From the NCBI GenBank assembly GCA_034670305.1, contig JAXMNT010000012.1, positions 32,001 through 96,000 of the forward strand: 64,000 nucleotides of DNA. The letters are read 5' to 3'. A program made the position numbers and the translations under genes. The notes under the pieces are model-generated. The model made no database searches and was not told where the DNA came from. It worked only from the letters and a program-made list of their open reading frames with translations. This stretch comes from Deltaproteobacteria bacterium (GTDB lineage: Bacteria; Myxococcota_A; Polyangia; Polyangiales; Houyiibacteriaceae). The stretch's first letter is position 1. Every line of letters starts with the position of its first letter. Positions 27,742 through 37,845 of the stretch are shown in pieces.

Positions 27742-29208
27742 ATGACGAAGACCTGGCTGGGTGGGCTGCTCGTGATGGGGCTGTGTATGGGGGTGAGTTG
27801 TGAGCGCCCCGCGGAAGGATGGATCCTGCCGGACGATGCAGTGATCGATCGCGAGTCAGAGCTGTTCGAGGTGGTGCGGACGGGCTACGAGAACCCGCGC
27901 CTCGCCGGCTACGTCGACCTGGATCTGAGCGAGTTGAGTTTGGAGCGCACCGAGCTCCCGGGCTCCCTCGTGTACGACGACCGGCAGACCTACGAGGGCC
28001 CCGTGCGCGTGCGCTTCCATGGCACGGGGTGGAGCGAGCCGGCGTACCTGCAGGTGGACCGCGCGCCGCTCGATCTCGAGTGGACGTTCCGGGTGGAGGG
28101 CCCGATGTTGTCGCTCCCGATGGGCGGTGCGTCGGTGCCGCTCTTCTTGATGCGGAACGCCGGGTCGGAGCCGGACCTGATCCTGCCGCGCTTCTTCGCA
28201 CTCGACCCGAGCGTGCTCGTGCTGCCGGTGCACGCGACGGTGTTCGCCCACTCCGATGGGCGGATGCCGTACCTGAACGGGGGCATCGACACCGCGCAGC
28301 CGATTCTCGAGCAGCTCTTCGATCCCGGTGGGTCCGTCGCAGCCGACCCGGTGCCCGGCGCGACGTCGCGTTACGCGTTGGCCGAGTTCGAGAGCGCGCG
28401 CCCGGACGCATTGTGGCACCAGTGCGGGATTCAGTTTCACCTCGAAGAGGTCGAGGCGGTCCCGACCCAGAACCACGCCAACGAGATGCTGAACTCGGAG
28501 AACCCGTGCGCGCGGCCGAGCCTGCTCTCGCCCTACCTTCGAGATCCGGAAGAGGCGGGCGGCGTTCCGATGTATGTGGGCGGAGAGATGCGGGAGCGCC
28601 TTCTGGGCGACTACGCCGGTGCCTCGTGTCCGCTGAACAGCCGGCACGAGTTCGTGGCGGTTCAGGGCGGGCACCTGCTGACAGCGGGCATCACGGCACA
28701 CGAGTTCGGACACTTCTTGGGACTCGACCACACGAGCGATCCGGCGAACTTGATGACGCCGCCGGGACCCACGATGTCGATCCTGGGCACCGAGTTGAGC
28801 GCCGGACAATGCGAGATCGCGCGCTGTCGAGCCGCGGAGTTGCTGCATCGTTTGGATCGGGTTTCCAGAGCACGGGTCGACGTCGAGTGCCGGTACCGGG
28901 ATTCGGTCTGCGGCGATGGCGAAGTCGAGGGCGGGGAAGTCTGCGACGACGGCAACGAGATCCTCGGCGACGGCTGCCGGCCCGATTGCACCGCCGAAGT
29001 CTGCGGCGACGGTCTGCTCGACGAAGGCGAAGCCTGCGACCCAGGACCAGGCGAGAGCATCGAGGACTGCACCGCCACCTGCATGGTGTGCGACAGCTGC
29101 AACTACTGTGGCGACGGCGTGGTCGGCGACCGGGAGTTCTGCGACGACGGACGCAACGGCGACGACAGCGACGGCTGCACCGACGAGTGTCGGTCGACGA
29201 TCATCTGA
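27742..29208 (+). CDS. Metzincin metalloprotease lipoprotein with three DUF4215/myxococcal Cys-rich repeats
   Basis: HEFGHFLGLDH plus NLM Met-turn; CGDG..E.CD repeats; lipobox-like GVSC. Confidence 0.85.
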   Translation: MTKTWLGGLLVMGLCMGVSCERPAEGWILPDDAVIDRESELFEVVRTGYENPRLAGYVDLDLSELSLERTELPGSLVYDDRQTYEGPVRVRFHGTGWSEPAYLQVDRAPLDLEWTFRVEGPMLSLPMGGASVPLFLMRNAGSEPDLILPRFFALDPSVLVLPVHATVFAHSDGRMPYLNGGIDTAQPILEQLFDPGGSVAADPVPGATSRYALAEFESARPDALWHQCGIQFHLEEVEAVPTQNHANEMLNSENPCARPSLLSPYLRDPEEAGGVPMYVGGEMRERLLGDYAGASCPLNSRHEFVAVQGGHLLTAGITAHEFGHFLGLDHTSDPANLMTPPGPTMSILGTELSAGQCEIARCRAAELLHRLDRVSRARVDVECRYRDSVCGDGEVEGGEVCDDGNEILGDGCRPDCTAEVCGDGLLDEGEACDPGPGESIEDCTATCMVCDSCNYCGDGVVGDREFCDDGRNGDDSDGCTDECRSTII

Positions 29209-29453
29209 GCAACGACGAGTGCGAGTCGACATCTGAGCGGACATCGCGTGGAACCTCGCGTTGCTCTTTTGTGCGGCGGTGCTGGCGTACGACGGTTCGA
29301 TCCGCCGGCGCACTCAGCCCTAGCCGACGCCCGGCCGTCGTCGTCGCGGCAACCCCGCTGGGCTGCGTTCCTTGGGCTTCGAATTGCACAGCGTGCGGTT
29401 CTGCTCCGCGGCTGCCGATGCCGGGGCGCTGCGGGTGTGCGAGGGTGGGTTCG

Positions 29454-30104
29454 ATGTTCATTCGCTCCCTCGTCGCCGCGCTCGCCGCGCTCACTCTCAT
29501 CACCGCGCCGCTCACTGCGGTGGCGCAGCGCATGTCGGCTGGCTCCACCGGCGACCTCGGCCAGCACCGGCCGATCTACGGCGCGGACCTGGCGTCCGGT
29601 CGGGCGATCGGCGACGTGGTCGGCATGGGCATCGCGTCCAACGACCACGTCTACGTCTGGTACGCGGACGGCACGGTCAGCTCGGGAACCTCGCGCGATC
29701 TGGACGCACACCGCGCCCGCTACCCGTTCCGCATGCCCGCCGGCATGCAACCGAGCGACATCGTCGGCATCGGCATCGCGGCGAACGACCACGTCTACGC
29801 CTGGTACCGCAACGGCACCGTCAGTTCGGGCACCACGCGAGACCTGACCCACCACCGGCAGCCCTACGCGTTCCGACTTGCGGCCGGCATGAACCCGGGC
29901 CGGGTTCAGGGCATGGCGATCGCGCGCAACGACCACTGTTACGTCTGGTACGACGACGGCACCGTCAGCAGTGGCACGAGCCGAGACCTGATCCAGTACC
30001 GGACGCCGTACACCTACCGCGTCGCACGCGAAGCCAGCTTGCCGCAGGTGGTGGCCTTGGGCATCGCGAAGTCGAACGACCACGTGTTCGCACTCTACCG
30101 CTGA
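29454..30104 (+). CDS. Secreted tandem-repeat protein (probable 4-blade beta-propeller)
   Basis: Signal peptide MFIRSLVAALAAL; repeats of GIAxNDHxYxWYxDGTVSSGTxRDL; lies within track ORF 27819..30104. Confidence 0.85.
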   Translation: MFIRSLVAALAALTLITAPLTAVAQRMSAGSTGDLGQHRPIYGADLASGRAIGDVVGMGIASNDHVYVWYADGTVSSGTSRDLDAHRARYPFRMPAGMQPSDIVGIGIAANDHVYAWYRNGTVSSGTTRDLTHHRQPYAFRLAAGMNPGRVQGMAIARNDHCYVWYDDGTVSSGTSRDLIQYRTPYTYRVAREASLPQVVALGIAKSNDHVFALYR

Positions 30105-30128
30105 GCACGCTCCCGCGCGTTGCCGCAC

Positions 30129-30247
30129 TTGGCGCACTTCATCGGCAAGGGGCCGACGTCCGCACCAAGGACGACGAAGGCAAAAGCATCCGCGAGCTCG
30201 GCCAGACCAAGATCATCCCGCTTCTCGAGAAAGCACTCGAAGGCTAG
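30129..30247 (+). pseudogene. Ankyrin-repeat gene 3' remnant with an apparent frameshift
   Basis: LAHFIGK then, after one missing G in the 30149-30152 run, GADVRTKDDEGKSIRELGQTKIIPLLEKALEG*. Confidence 0.5.
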
Positions 30248-30289
30248 GCAGCACGAGCCGCAGACCAGTCGGTAGAATCAGCGAACGGG

Positions 30290-30712
30290 CTATGGACGGC
30301 CTTCGACGAAGGCGGTGATCTCTCCGGGCCAGATTTGCATCCGTCCTTCGTACTTCACCGCGGCCCACATCCGGTTGGTCGAGAAGTCGAAGGTCTGGCT
30401 GATCGGGCCCATGTGTTCGTCTTCCCACGTGACGAACCAGATGTCGGGCTGGACCTGCTGCACGAGGTACGGCTCGCGCAGCACCCCACGGGACGCGACC
30501 TCGGTGATGCGGGTGTGGCCGTCGAAGAAGTTTGTGAACGACCACCCGTTCTCGTAGGTGTAGGAGAGCGACTTCTGGTCGAAGAAGGAGATGTCGGACA
30601 TGGAAGCCTCCGGTTGGGGGACGGGCTCGGCTGGCGCTTCGGCGGCCACCGCCGCGGCGCCGCAACCGAAGAGCGCGAGACCGAGAACCCACCTGCGTGC
30701 GATGTTGAACAT
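30290..30712 (-). CDS. Phenolic-acid-decarboxylase/MoaF-like beta-barrel lipoprotein
   Basis: YTYENGW and PDIWFVTWED resemble the PadC/MoaF family; lipobox LALFGC; divergent from a LysR gene. Confidence 0.7.
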   Translation of the reverse strand: MFNIARRWVLGLALFGCGAAAVAAEAPAEPVPQPEASMSDISFFDQKSLSYTYENGWSFTNFFDGHTRITEVASRGVLREPYLVQQVQPDIWFVTWEDEHMGPISQTFDFSTNRMWAAVKYEGRMQIWPGEITAFVEGRP

Positions 30713-30757
30713 GGCAGCATGCTGCGCAGCTGCGGGCCGTGTGACCATGCAACTTCA

Positions 30758-30774
30758 TCGAACGGAGCATTCGA
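30758..30774. promoter_or_regulatory. Inverted repeat TCGAA-N7-TTCGA, putative LysR operator
   Basis: Perfect 5-bp dyad in the short divergent gap between the LysR gene and its neighbour. Confidence 0.45.
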
Positions 30775-30775
30775 C

Positions 30776-31684
30776 GTGAAGGACGACCTCGCGCGCGACG
30801 CGTTTCAACACCTGCCGCGCCTCGTGGTGTTCGTGGAAGTGGCGCGGCAGAAGACATTCCGAGGAGCCGCCGAGACGCTCGGCCTCTCACCGAGCACCAT
30901 CACCCACCACATCCAGAAGCTCGAAGAGACGTTGGGGGTGCGGCTTGTCGAACGCACCTCGCGCGCGCTCTCGCTCACGGCCGCCGGAGCCACCTTGCTC
31001 GAAGACGCCGGGGCACTGCTCGAAGCATGGAACCGTGGCGTGACCCGCACCCGCGACCAAGGGGACGACCCCGCCGGCACCCTGGTGGTGACCGCGCCCG
31101 ACGTGCTCGTCGAACGGTTCGTCACCCCCGCGCTCGCGGTGCTCGTCGAGAGCCATCCCCGCCTCACAGTCGACCTACGGGTCGGCGCGGACACCCTCCA
31201 GCTCGTGGACGAAGGAATCCACGTTGCGGTGCGGATCGGCCCGCTCCCGGACTCGAGCTACGGCGCGCACAGCCTTTGGCGTGACGAGATGGGGGTCTTC
31301 GCGGCCCCGACGCTCGCCGAGCCCGTGCTCACGCCGACGGGCTTGACGGGTGCACCGTGGATTCACTTCTCGATGCGCTCGCATCCCACCGAACTCCGGC
31401 TCCAGAAGGATGGAGAGGCCGCCTCGATCGAGCCCACCGTGCGGGTTCGGGTCAACACCGGCGCCGCCAAGATCCAGCTGGCCTCAGCGGGGGTCGGCTT
31501 CGGTCTGTTCCCGACTCGGCTCGTCGCCCGAGAAGTCGAGTCGGGCCAGTTGGTCCGGGTGCTGCCCGAGTGGTCGGCTGGAGCGGCGGACTTCTACGTG
31601 GTGACACCTTCTCCGCGCCCGCGAAGTGCTGCGGTGCGTGCGTTCGGCGATGCATTGAAGCGTGTCGTCGAACAAGTTCTGTGA
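30776..31684 (+). CDS. LysR family regulator (CrgA/DmlR-like)
   Basis: HTH FRGAAETLGLSPSTITHHIQKLEETLGVRLVERTSR; LVDEGIHVAVR; LVRVLPEW. Confidence 0.95.
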   Translation: MKDDLARDAFQHLPRLVVFVEVARQKTFRGAAETLGLSPSTITHHIQKLEETLGVRLVERTSRALSLTAAGATLLEDAGALLEAWNRGVTRTRDQGDDPAGTLVVTAPDVLVERFVTPALAVLVESHPRLTVDLRVGADTLQLVDEGIHVAVRIGPLPDSSYGAHSLWRDEMGVFAAPTLAEPVLTPTGLTGAPWIHFSMRSHPTELRLQKDGEAASIEPTVRVRVNTGAAKIQLASAGVGFGLFPTRLVAREVESGQLVRVLPEWSAGAADFYVVTPSPRPRSAAVRAFGDALKRVVEQVL

Positions 31685-31701
31685 GGACGTTTCGGTGAAC
31701 A

Positions 31702-31932
31702 TCAGCTCGGTGGCGTGAACACGGTGGCTTCGAGGTCTTCGAGTTTGTCCTGCATGTACTTGCGCGCGTCTTGCACCGCTTGGTTGTAGATCTCGGGGCC
31801 TGCCTTCGAGAGCACGAAGTCCAAGATCTGCTCCGCGCGAAACGCGCTCAACTCCTCGTCGAGTTCATCCAAGAAGAACGACTGCAGGTCGGAGAGCAGA
31901 TGCGCGCGGCGTTCATCGTCCAGCTTCTTCAT
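31702..31932 (-). CDS. DUF2164 family protein
   Basis: FRAEQILDF..GPEIYNQAVQDA motif; TACGCT box 6 nt before ATG. Confidence 0.85.
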   Translation of the reverse strand: MKKLDDERRAHLLSDLQSFFLDELDEELSAFRAEQILDFVLSKAGPEIYNQAVQDARKYMQDKLEDLEATVFTPPS

Positions 31933-32038
31933 CGCCAGAGCGTACCGCTTCAAGGATGTCGTCGGTGGCTGGGCCAAGCCTCAGTACACGACCGTCGACC
32001 AGGGATGAACGCTGTATGCTCCGGTCGGTGGAGCCTCC

Positions 32039-32434
32039 GTGTCTGCGTACCTGACCTTCATTGGAGCGATGAACCTCGCTGGCACGCTGACGCTGATGGC
32101 TGCGCTCTCGGACCGAGTGGCGGATGCGCTGCTTCGGCGGTGGACGTTCATCGCGAAGACCGATGAGCCGATCCGGCACGGACCCTACGGACGGGTGTGG
32201 CTGTGGTGGGCGATCGTCGGTACCGGCTTCTTCGGTGTGCTCAACTTGGTCGCCGCCAGTTGGCCCGAAGCACAAGCGCGGGTGGTGCTGTACGGCGACC
32301 TCTACACCTACGGCGCGTTCGAAGTGCTCGCGATCGGCATGTCCCTCTCGCGCCGTTTCGGACCGGGGGTCGTGGTCTGCCACGTGCTCTGGCTGGTGCA
32401 GGGCGGCTGGGGTCTGTGGGTCGCCCTGCGTTGA
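32039..32434 (+). CDS. Small membrane protein
   Basis: About four hydrophobic segments; fills the gap between flanking genes. Confidence 0.7.
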   Translation: MSAYLTFIGAMNLAGTLTLMAALSDRVADALLRRWTFIAKTDEPIRHGPYGRVWLWWAIVGTGFFGVLNLVAASWPEAQARVVLYGDLYTYGAFEVLAIGMSLSRRFGPGVVVCHVLWLVQGGWGLWVALR

Positions 32435-32489
32435 ACCACGGACTGTCTAGCAGCCGTGGCGCTGTCCCCCTGAAACGCTGGGCGGATCG

Positions 32490-33086
32490 TCAGAACGAGG
32501 AGCCCGGGGTCTTCAGGAACTCCAGTTCGTCTTCGGTCGAGGGTCGGCCGAGGAGTGCGTTGCGGTGGGGGAAGCGGCCGAAGCGGTGGACGATGTCGCG
32601 GTGGCTGACGGCGAACTTCACCGCCTGGTCGAGGCCGTCGTCGGGAAACTCTTTCTCCAGTGCTTGGAAGAGCGCGACGCACCTGTCTTGGAGCGCGCGG
32701 TCTTCGGCGTGCATGAGTGGCATGTAGAAGAAGTAGCGAGCGTGCAGGCCGAGGTCGCGGTCGCAGCCGGCCGCCAAACCCTCGAGCACGACGCGCTGGG
32801 CGCGCGCGTCCTCGGCGTACATCTTCGGGGTGTCGCGAAACATGTTCCGCGAGAACTGGTCGAGCACGATCACGTAGGCCACGCGGTGGCGCGCGGTGTC
32901 CAGCCAGCCCGCGCATGCCCCGTCGCAGACCGAGTCGTAGACAGGCTCGAAGCGTTCTTTGATCTCGGCGTCGAAGGCGTCGCTCTTCATCCACCACTTC
33001 GAGGCGGTGGCGGCGGGCGCGCGGCCCTGTGTGTCCACCGCTCCGAGCCAGAACGCCAGCACGGGTTCGGGGTCATGCATCGACAT
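32490..33086 (-). CDS. DUF924 family protein
   Basis: VLAFW, FDAEIKERF, IVLDQFSRNMFR, FFYMPLMHAED, RFGRFPHRNALLGR. Confidence 0.95.
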   Translation of the reverse strand: MSMHDPEPVLAFWLGAVDTQGRAPAATASKWWMKSDAFDAEIKERFEPVYDSVCDGACAGWLDTARHRVAYVIVLDQFSRNMFRDTPKMYAEDARAQRVVLEGLAAGCDRDLGLHARYFFYMPLMHAEDRALQDRCVALFQALEKEFPDDGLDQAVKFAVSHRDIVHRFGRFPHRNALLGRPSTEDELEFLKTPGSSF

Positions 33087-33192
33087 CGGTCAACTATCCA
33101 TGCGGGGCCCCACCCTGGCAACGCCCGCACGCAGGGTCGGCCCGTGAGGACACCACCGGACGGGGTCGGCCTTCGTGTGCGACGTTCCGGAG

Positions 33193-33864
33193 ATGCGAAC
33201 GACGATGATTCTTCTCGTACTCTGCGTGGGCTGCGACGACCCCGCTCCGAGCGTTGACCCCGCGCCCGAGTCGACGGCGCCAACGGCCGAGCCAGCCCCA
33301 TCCACGACCGCTCCGACTCCGACACCGTCCGAGGTGACCACTGGGTTCATCGAAGCGAAGGTCGACGGGGCGCCGATGCGCTACGAACACTTGCCGGCCA
33401 ACGACAACCGTGTCTTCACCCGCGTGACGAAGATGACCGCGCACGCGAGCGCCGAAAGCGAAGAAGGCTTCGAGCTGCTCTTGAACGGATTCGACGTGCG
33501 TACCCTCGAGATGCCGGCGGTGATCCGGGGCGGGATGCGGGACGCGGTGCGCGGCAACTTGGCCGCCGCCATGCGGATGCCGGCGCTCAAGTACCGGGAC
33601 GCGGATGGCAACCGCTACATCACCGTGTTCAACGACGACTCGCTCGAGTGTCAGAGCCTCGAGGACCTCGTCTTGACCTGTACCTTCTCAGGCACCCTCA
33701 ACGGCGACGCCGGCAGCGTGGAGATCACCGAAGGTCGGCTCCAAGTGAAACTCGGCACCGACGAGCTCGCGGACTCGATGTTGGAAGGATCGGTCGGGAT
33801 GGCGGCGGACGAATCGCTGGAACGCGTGCAGGAGGTCATCGACCGCCGCCGCGGGATGCGCTGA
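33193..33864 (+). CDS. Hypothetical lipoprotein
   Basis: MRTTMILLVLCVGC lipobox, Pro/Thr linker. Confidence 0.8.
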   Translation: MRTTMILLVLCVGCDDPAPSVDPAPESTAPTAEPAPSTTAPTPTPSEVTTGFIEAKVDGAPMRYEHLPANDNRVFTRVTKMTAHASAESEEGFELLLNGFDVRTLEMPAVIRGGMRDAVRGNLAAAMRMPALKYRDADGNRYITVFNDDSLECQSLEDLVLTCTFSGTLNGDAGSVEITEGRLQVKLGTDELADSMLEGSVGMAADESLERVQEVIDRRRGMR

Positions 33865-34064
33865 GCAATCGCGGGCGCGTGGCAGGCCCGCTGAACCCGG
33901 TTGTGGCCGAGCAGACGCCCGGCTCAATGGTGGTACTCCGCGGCGACTGCAACGCGCTTCAGGGACGTCACTAGATGGGGAGGTCCGGGCGTCCAGCGGG
34001 GCAATTTTGCTCGTGCGACGGCAATTCTACTGCAGAACGGGTGCGGGGCGATTAGGGTCGCGTG

Positions 34065-37000
34065 ATGGCGAACCGAGTTCACGTCTGGGCGCTGATGGGC
34101 CTCATTGCTTTCTGGAGCGGCTGCGGTGAGGGGGGAGAGGACCGCGACGCAGCCACCGCGGATGGGGGGTCCGACGACGGAGGCTCCACGGACGGCGCGA
34201 CCGAGGACGCGGGTCTGACCGATGCGGACGCGGCGATCGACGCGCGGGTCGATCTCGATGCGGCCGATGCGGGCGACGCGGGTCCCGAGAACTTCTGCGG
34301 CGATGGCGAGATCGCCGGCGGGGAGGAATGCGACGACGGGGACGCGAACAGCGACACCGAGCCCGACGCGTGCCGCACCGACTGCACCCAGCCGAGTTGC
34401 GGCGACGGCGTCGTCGACCTGGGCGAAGCGTGTGACACGGGTGCGCTCCGCTCGGATGTGTTGCCGGATCTCTGTCGGACCAACTGCCAGATGCCCAGCT
34501 GCGGCGACGCCATCGTCGACCGTGGCGAGGCCTGCGACACCGGGCTGATGAACTCGGACTACCGGCCGGACGCGTGCCGGACGAGCTGTGTGCTGCCGAG
34601 CTGCGGAGACGGCGCGCAGGATCGCGACGAAGAGTGCGACACGGGCGACGCGCGCTCGGACGACTTGCCGCTCGGTTGCCGACTCGACTGCACGAACTCG
34701 ACCTGCGGCGACGGCGCGCTCGACGAAGGCGAGCAGTGCGACGACGGAGACGCGAACGCGAACGTGAGCAACACGTGCCGCACCAACTGCCGTCTGCCTC
34801 GCTGTGGCGACGGCATCCTCGACCACCGCGAACAGTGCGATGGCGGCTCCAACTGTTTGCCCCGCCGGTGCATGTGGGACGGCAGCGGGGCGGCGCCGGT
34901 GCCGCAGAACTACGCGGCCGATGGCACCGCATCCAATGCCTGCCGAGTCGCGACGCCCAGCGCGTGCAGCGCCCTGCAGGCCGCTGGATCCTGGCGCGCG
35001 TACAGCGACTCCACCGGCGGTCGCGTTGGACCAGATTATCCGTGCTGGGAGTACTACTTGATCGCGTGTGCGGACTGCCCGTACTGGGACGAAGCCACCT
35101 GCGGGGACCGCGCACGCGCGCCGGTCGAGTGCCGCGAGATCGGTGACCTGATCTGCAACGTCATCGAACTGGCCGACTGCCCCTCCGGGTTCTCGCTCAC
35201 GTCGTGCGGGAGCGCGACGTTCCGGAACCAGCGCCCGCCGCTCTACGACCCTGCGTGTCGCGGTTCGGTCGAGTCCCGATGCGACACGATGGGCGCCGCG
35301 ATGTGTCCGACCGACATCGATGCGTGCGCCGCGTTCGAAGCCGATGGCACCGCGCCGGCGGGATGCAGCTGGTACCTACAAGGCCGCTGCGAGGGTGTGA
35401 TCTCCGCCGCCTGTCCAAGCGTGACGACGGGCACGTGTTCCGACATGGAGGCCGCGCTCGCCGGCCGACACGAAGCGTGCACCGACTACCTCATGACGCG
35501 CTGCGAAGGCTGGGACGAACGCCTCTGCCCCGAAGCCAGCGCGCAGACGATCACCCCGACGCTCTGCACGAGCAGCTACGGCGTGCTCGAGTCGCGCTGG
35601 CCCACCGAGTGTCACGACTGGCTCGAGCTCCGGTGCCGCAGCGAGGTCGCGACGCAAGCGCAGGACACCTACACCGCAGCGGGCGGCTGTCCCAGCGAGA
35701 CGACCCGCGTGACCGATGGCGGCGACTACATGGGGGTGGGCTCGAGCGTGTCGGACCCGGCCCGGCACGACTGCCCGATCTACGCCTACGAACCCGCGCC
35801 GCCCGCGCTCGTGTCGTTCGACGCCACCGCGTTCGAGTACACGCTCGCCGACGCGGACGTCGTGCTCTACGAGCGGGACCTCGGCAGCGTCGCCGTCGGT
35901 AGCTGCGAGGAGTACGTCGAGCAGCGGTTCTACACGTACAACGCGTTCCGCGCGTACTCGGAGCGGTTCTACGACGACGCGCGCCGCGTGCACCAGCTCG
36001 CGTACTCCGACGACCCCGAGCACCTCGACTACGCGATCGGCCACCGCGCGGTCACCCGAGGCCAACCCTTCGGGCACTACCCGAACCACGCGCCGGTTCT
36101 GACCGGTGACTACGCGCTCGGCATGGACGGCGGCTGGAGCCCGAAGAACGACTTCTACCGATTGATGTGGACCCAGAACGAAGAGATCCGCGCCGTGCTC
36201 CGCAACATCTCGGACACGTTCAGCCCGCTCGAGCGCGCGGTCGACCCCGACGCCGACGTGCGCAACCAGGGCATCCTCGACGACCTCGCCTCGCAGGGCA
36301 TGGTCTACCGGACCGGCACGGAGCGCGCCGAGACCGACGGCTGGCACCACCACCAGCGCATGAGCGAGAACCTCGGCAGCCGCGGGGTGAGCGACGAGGT
36401 CCTCTCCTACAACTGGGGCCTGCGCGACGACTTCAATCAGCTGATGGACGAACGCAAGACGCTGGTCACGCAGCGCGACGAGGTGCGCGTGATCATTGGC
36501 GGCATGGACCCGATCGGAGACCGCATCCGGAGCGAGATCCTCGCGATCGACAAGTCGATCAACCGTCTGATCAAACGCGCGGACCAGCGCGGCTGCTTCA
36601 ACCTCTACCGGGATGCCGCCGGTGAAGTGATCCCGCACCCCTGCGACTGGGCACCGCAGGACTTCGTCGAAGAGGTGCAGCGCATGTTCGAGCTCGGCAT
36701 GGAAGACGAACTCGAGCGTTGCGAGAACTTCGCGCCGGCCGACTTCTCCACCCTCTCGAGCGGCTACACCTACTTGTCGGGGACGATGTTCGTGAACGAG
36801 CCGGACGACCCGACCGAACGGGCCGTCGACTTCGAGACGTACCTCGACCGGCAGCAGTACACGTACGCGAACCTCGACGACGCGTTCGACACCGAGAACC
36901 CTGAGCGCGCGCCAACCTACGGCGAGAGCTACGGCGTCGGCGACACGATCGGCATCCCGGAGTGGTTCGGCGCGGGCTACGACGTGGGCGCCGCCTGGTT

Positions 37001-37841
37001 CCTCGACTTCCCGCCGCACCCGGACACCGGAGAGCCGGACCTCTGCCAGATCGACGCGGGCGCCGACGCGCACATGCAAGCCTGGGTCGACTTGGCGACG
37101 ATCCGCTTCCACGCGATCGACGGCGCGATCGACGTGGCGATGCGGGACGAAATGGGTGCGGGCGATCCGCAGTTCAGCACGCATCTGCGGGTGCTCGGCG
37201 TAGAGATCTGGGACGAGGAACTCAGCGGACGCGGCGTGGTCGACGCGGTCGACCGGGAGTACGAATACAACCTCGTCTTCGAACAGCAGGTGGGCGACGA
37301 AGGGTTCGACTCGGAGGTCTCCGCGCCAGTGTTCACGCTCGCCGGCTTCGACGTCGTCATTCGGATCGGCGCGGCCGGGCGGGTAGGACTCGATGTGTCG
37401 GGCGGGCTTGCGATGGCGCTCGACACGAGCGGCGACTGCGGTCCGAGTGGCCACATCGACATCGAAGCGGCGGCGCGTCCCTTCGGCATGCTCAGCGGCT
37501 TCGCGGAGCTGGGCATCGATCTCTTCGTCGTGGAGCTCGGGGTCGGCGCATCGCTGCAGGTCATCGAGCTCGCCCTGCCGGTGACGACCTCGCTCGGCTT
37601 CGAGACCGACGGGCCTTTGCGGGACACGAACTTCCGCGTCGCGACGCACGCAGACCTCGAGCTGGAACTGCTGAGCGGCCGCGTCTACGCGTACGCCGAC
37701 ACGTGGTGGAAGACCTACAAGACAACGCTCTTCCGCTGGAGCGGACCGAGCTGGGTGATCCCGGTGTTCCACAAGGACTACAGCTACCCGCTGGGTCCGC
37801 TCGTGACGTTCTGCGACATCAACCCGTCCGCATGCGAGTGA
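34065..37841 (+). CDS. Large lipoprotein: six DUF4215-type repeats, Cys-rich region, C-terminal amphipathic beta-sheet domain
   Basis: Lipobox FWSGC, DAG linker, six CGD(G/A) repeats; TAGGGT box 6 nt before ATG. Confidence 0.88.
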   Translation: MANRVHVWALMGLIAFWSGCGEGGEDRDAATADGGSDDGGSTDGATEDAGLTDADAAIDARVDLDAADAGDAGPENFCGDGEIAGGEECDDGDANSDTEPDACRTDCTQPSCGDGVVDLGEACDTGALRSDVLPDLCRTNCQMPSCGDAIVDRGEACDTGLMNSDYRPDACRTSCVLPSCGDGAQDRDEECDTGDARSDDLPLGCRLDCTNSTCGDGALDEGEQCDDGDANANVSNTCRTNCRLPRCGDGILDHREQCDGGSNCLPRRCMWDGSGAAPVPQNYAADGTASNACRVATPSACSALQAAGSWRAYSDSTGGRVGPDYPCWEYYLIACADCPYWDEATCGDRARAPVECREIGDLICNVIELADCPSGFSLTSCGSATFRNQRPPLYDPACRGSVESRCDTMGAAMCPTDIDACAAFEADGTAPAGCSWYLQGRCEGVISAACPSVTTGTCSDMEAALAGRHEACTDYLMTRCEGWDERLCPEASAQTITPTLCTSSYGVLESRWPTECHDWLELRCRSEVATQAQDTYTAAGGCPSETTRVTDGGDYMGVGSSVSDPARHDCPIYAYEPAPPALVSFDATAFEYTLADADVVLYERDLGSVAVGSCEEYVEQRFYTYNAFRAYSERFYDDARRVHQLAYSDDPEHLDYAIGHRAVTRGQPFGHYPNHAPVLTGDYALGMDGGWSPKNDFYRLMWTQNEEIRAVLRNISDTFSPLERAVDPDADVRNQGILDDLASQGMVYRTGTERAETDGWHHHQRMSENLGSRGVSDEVLSYNWGLRDDFNQLMDERKTLVTQRDEVRVIIGGMDPIGDRIRSEILAIDKSINRLIKRADQRGCFNLYRDAAGEVIPHPCDWAPQDFVEEVQRMFELGMEDELERCENFAPADFSTLSSGYTYLSGTMFVNEPDDPTERAVDFETYLDRQQYTYANLDDAFDTENPERAPTYGESYGVGDTIGIPEWFGAGYDVGAAWFLDFPPHPDTGEPDLCQIDAGADAHMQAWVDLATIRFHAIDGAIDVAMRDEMGAGDPQFSTHLRVLGVEIWDEELSGRGVVDAVDREYEYNLVFEQQVGDEGFDSEVSAPVFTLAGFDVVIRIGAAGRVGLDVSGGLAMALDTSGDCGPSGHIDIEAAARPFGMLSGFAELGIDLFVVELGVGASLQVIELALPVTTSLGFETDGPLRDTNFRVATHADLELELLSGRVYAYADTWWKTYKTTLFRWSGPSWVIPVFHKDYSYPLGPLVTFCDINPSACE

Positions 37842-37845
37842 GGGC

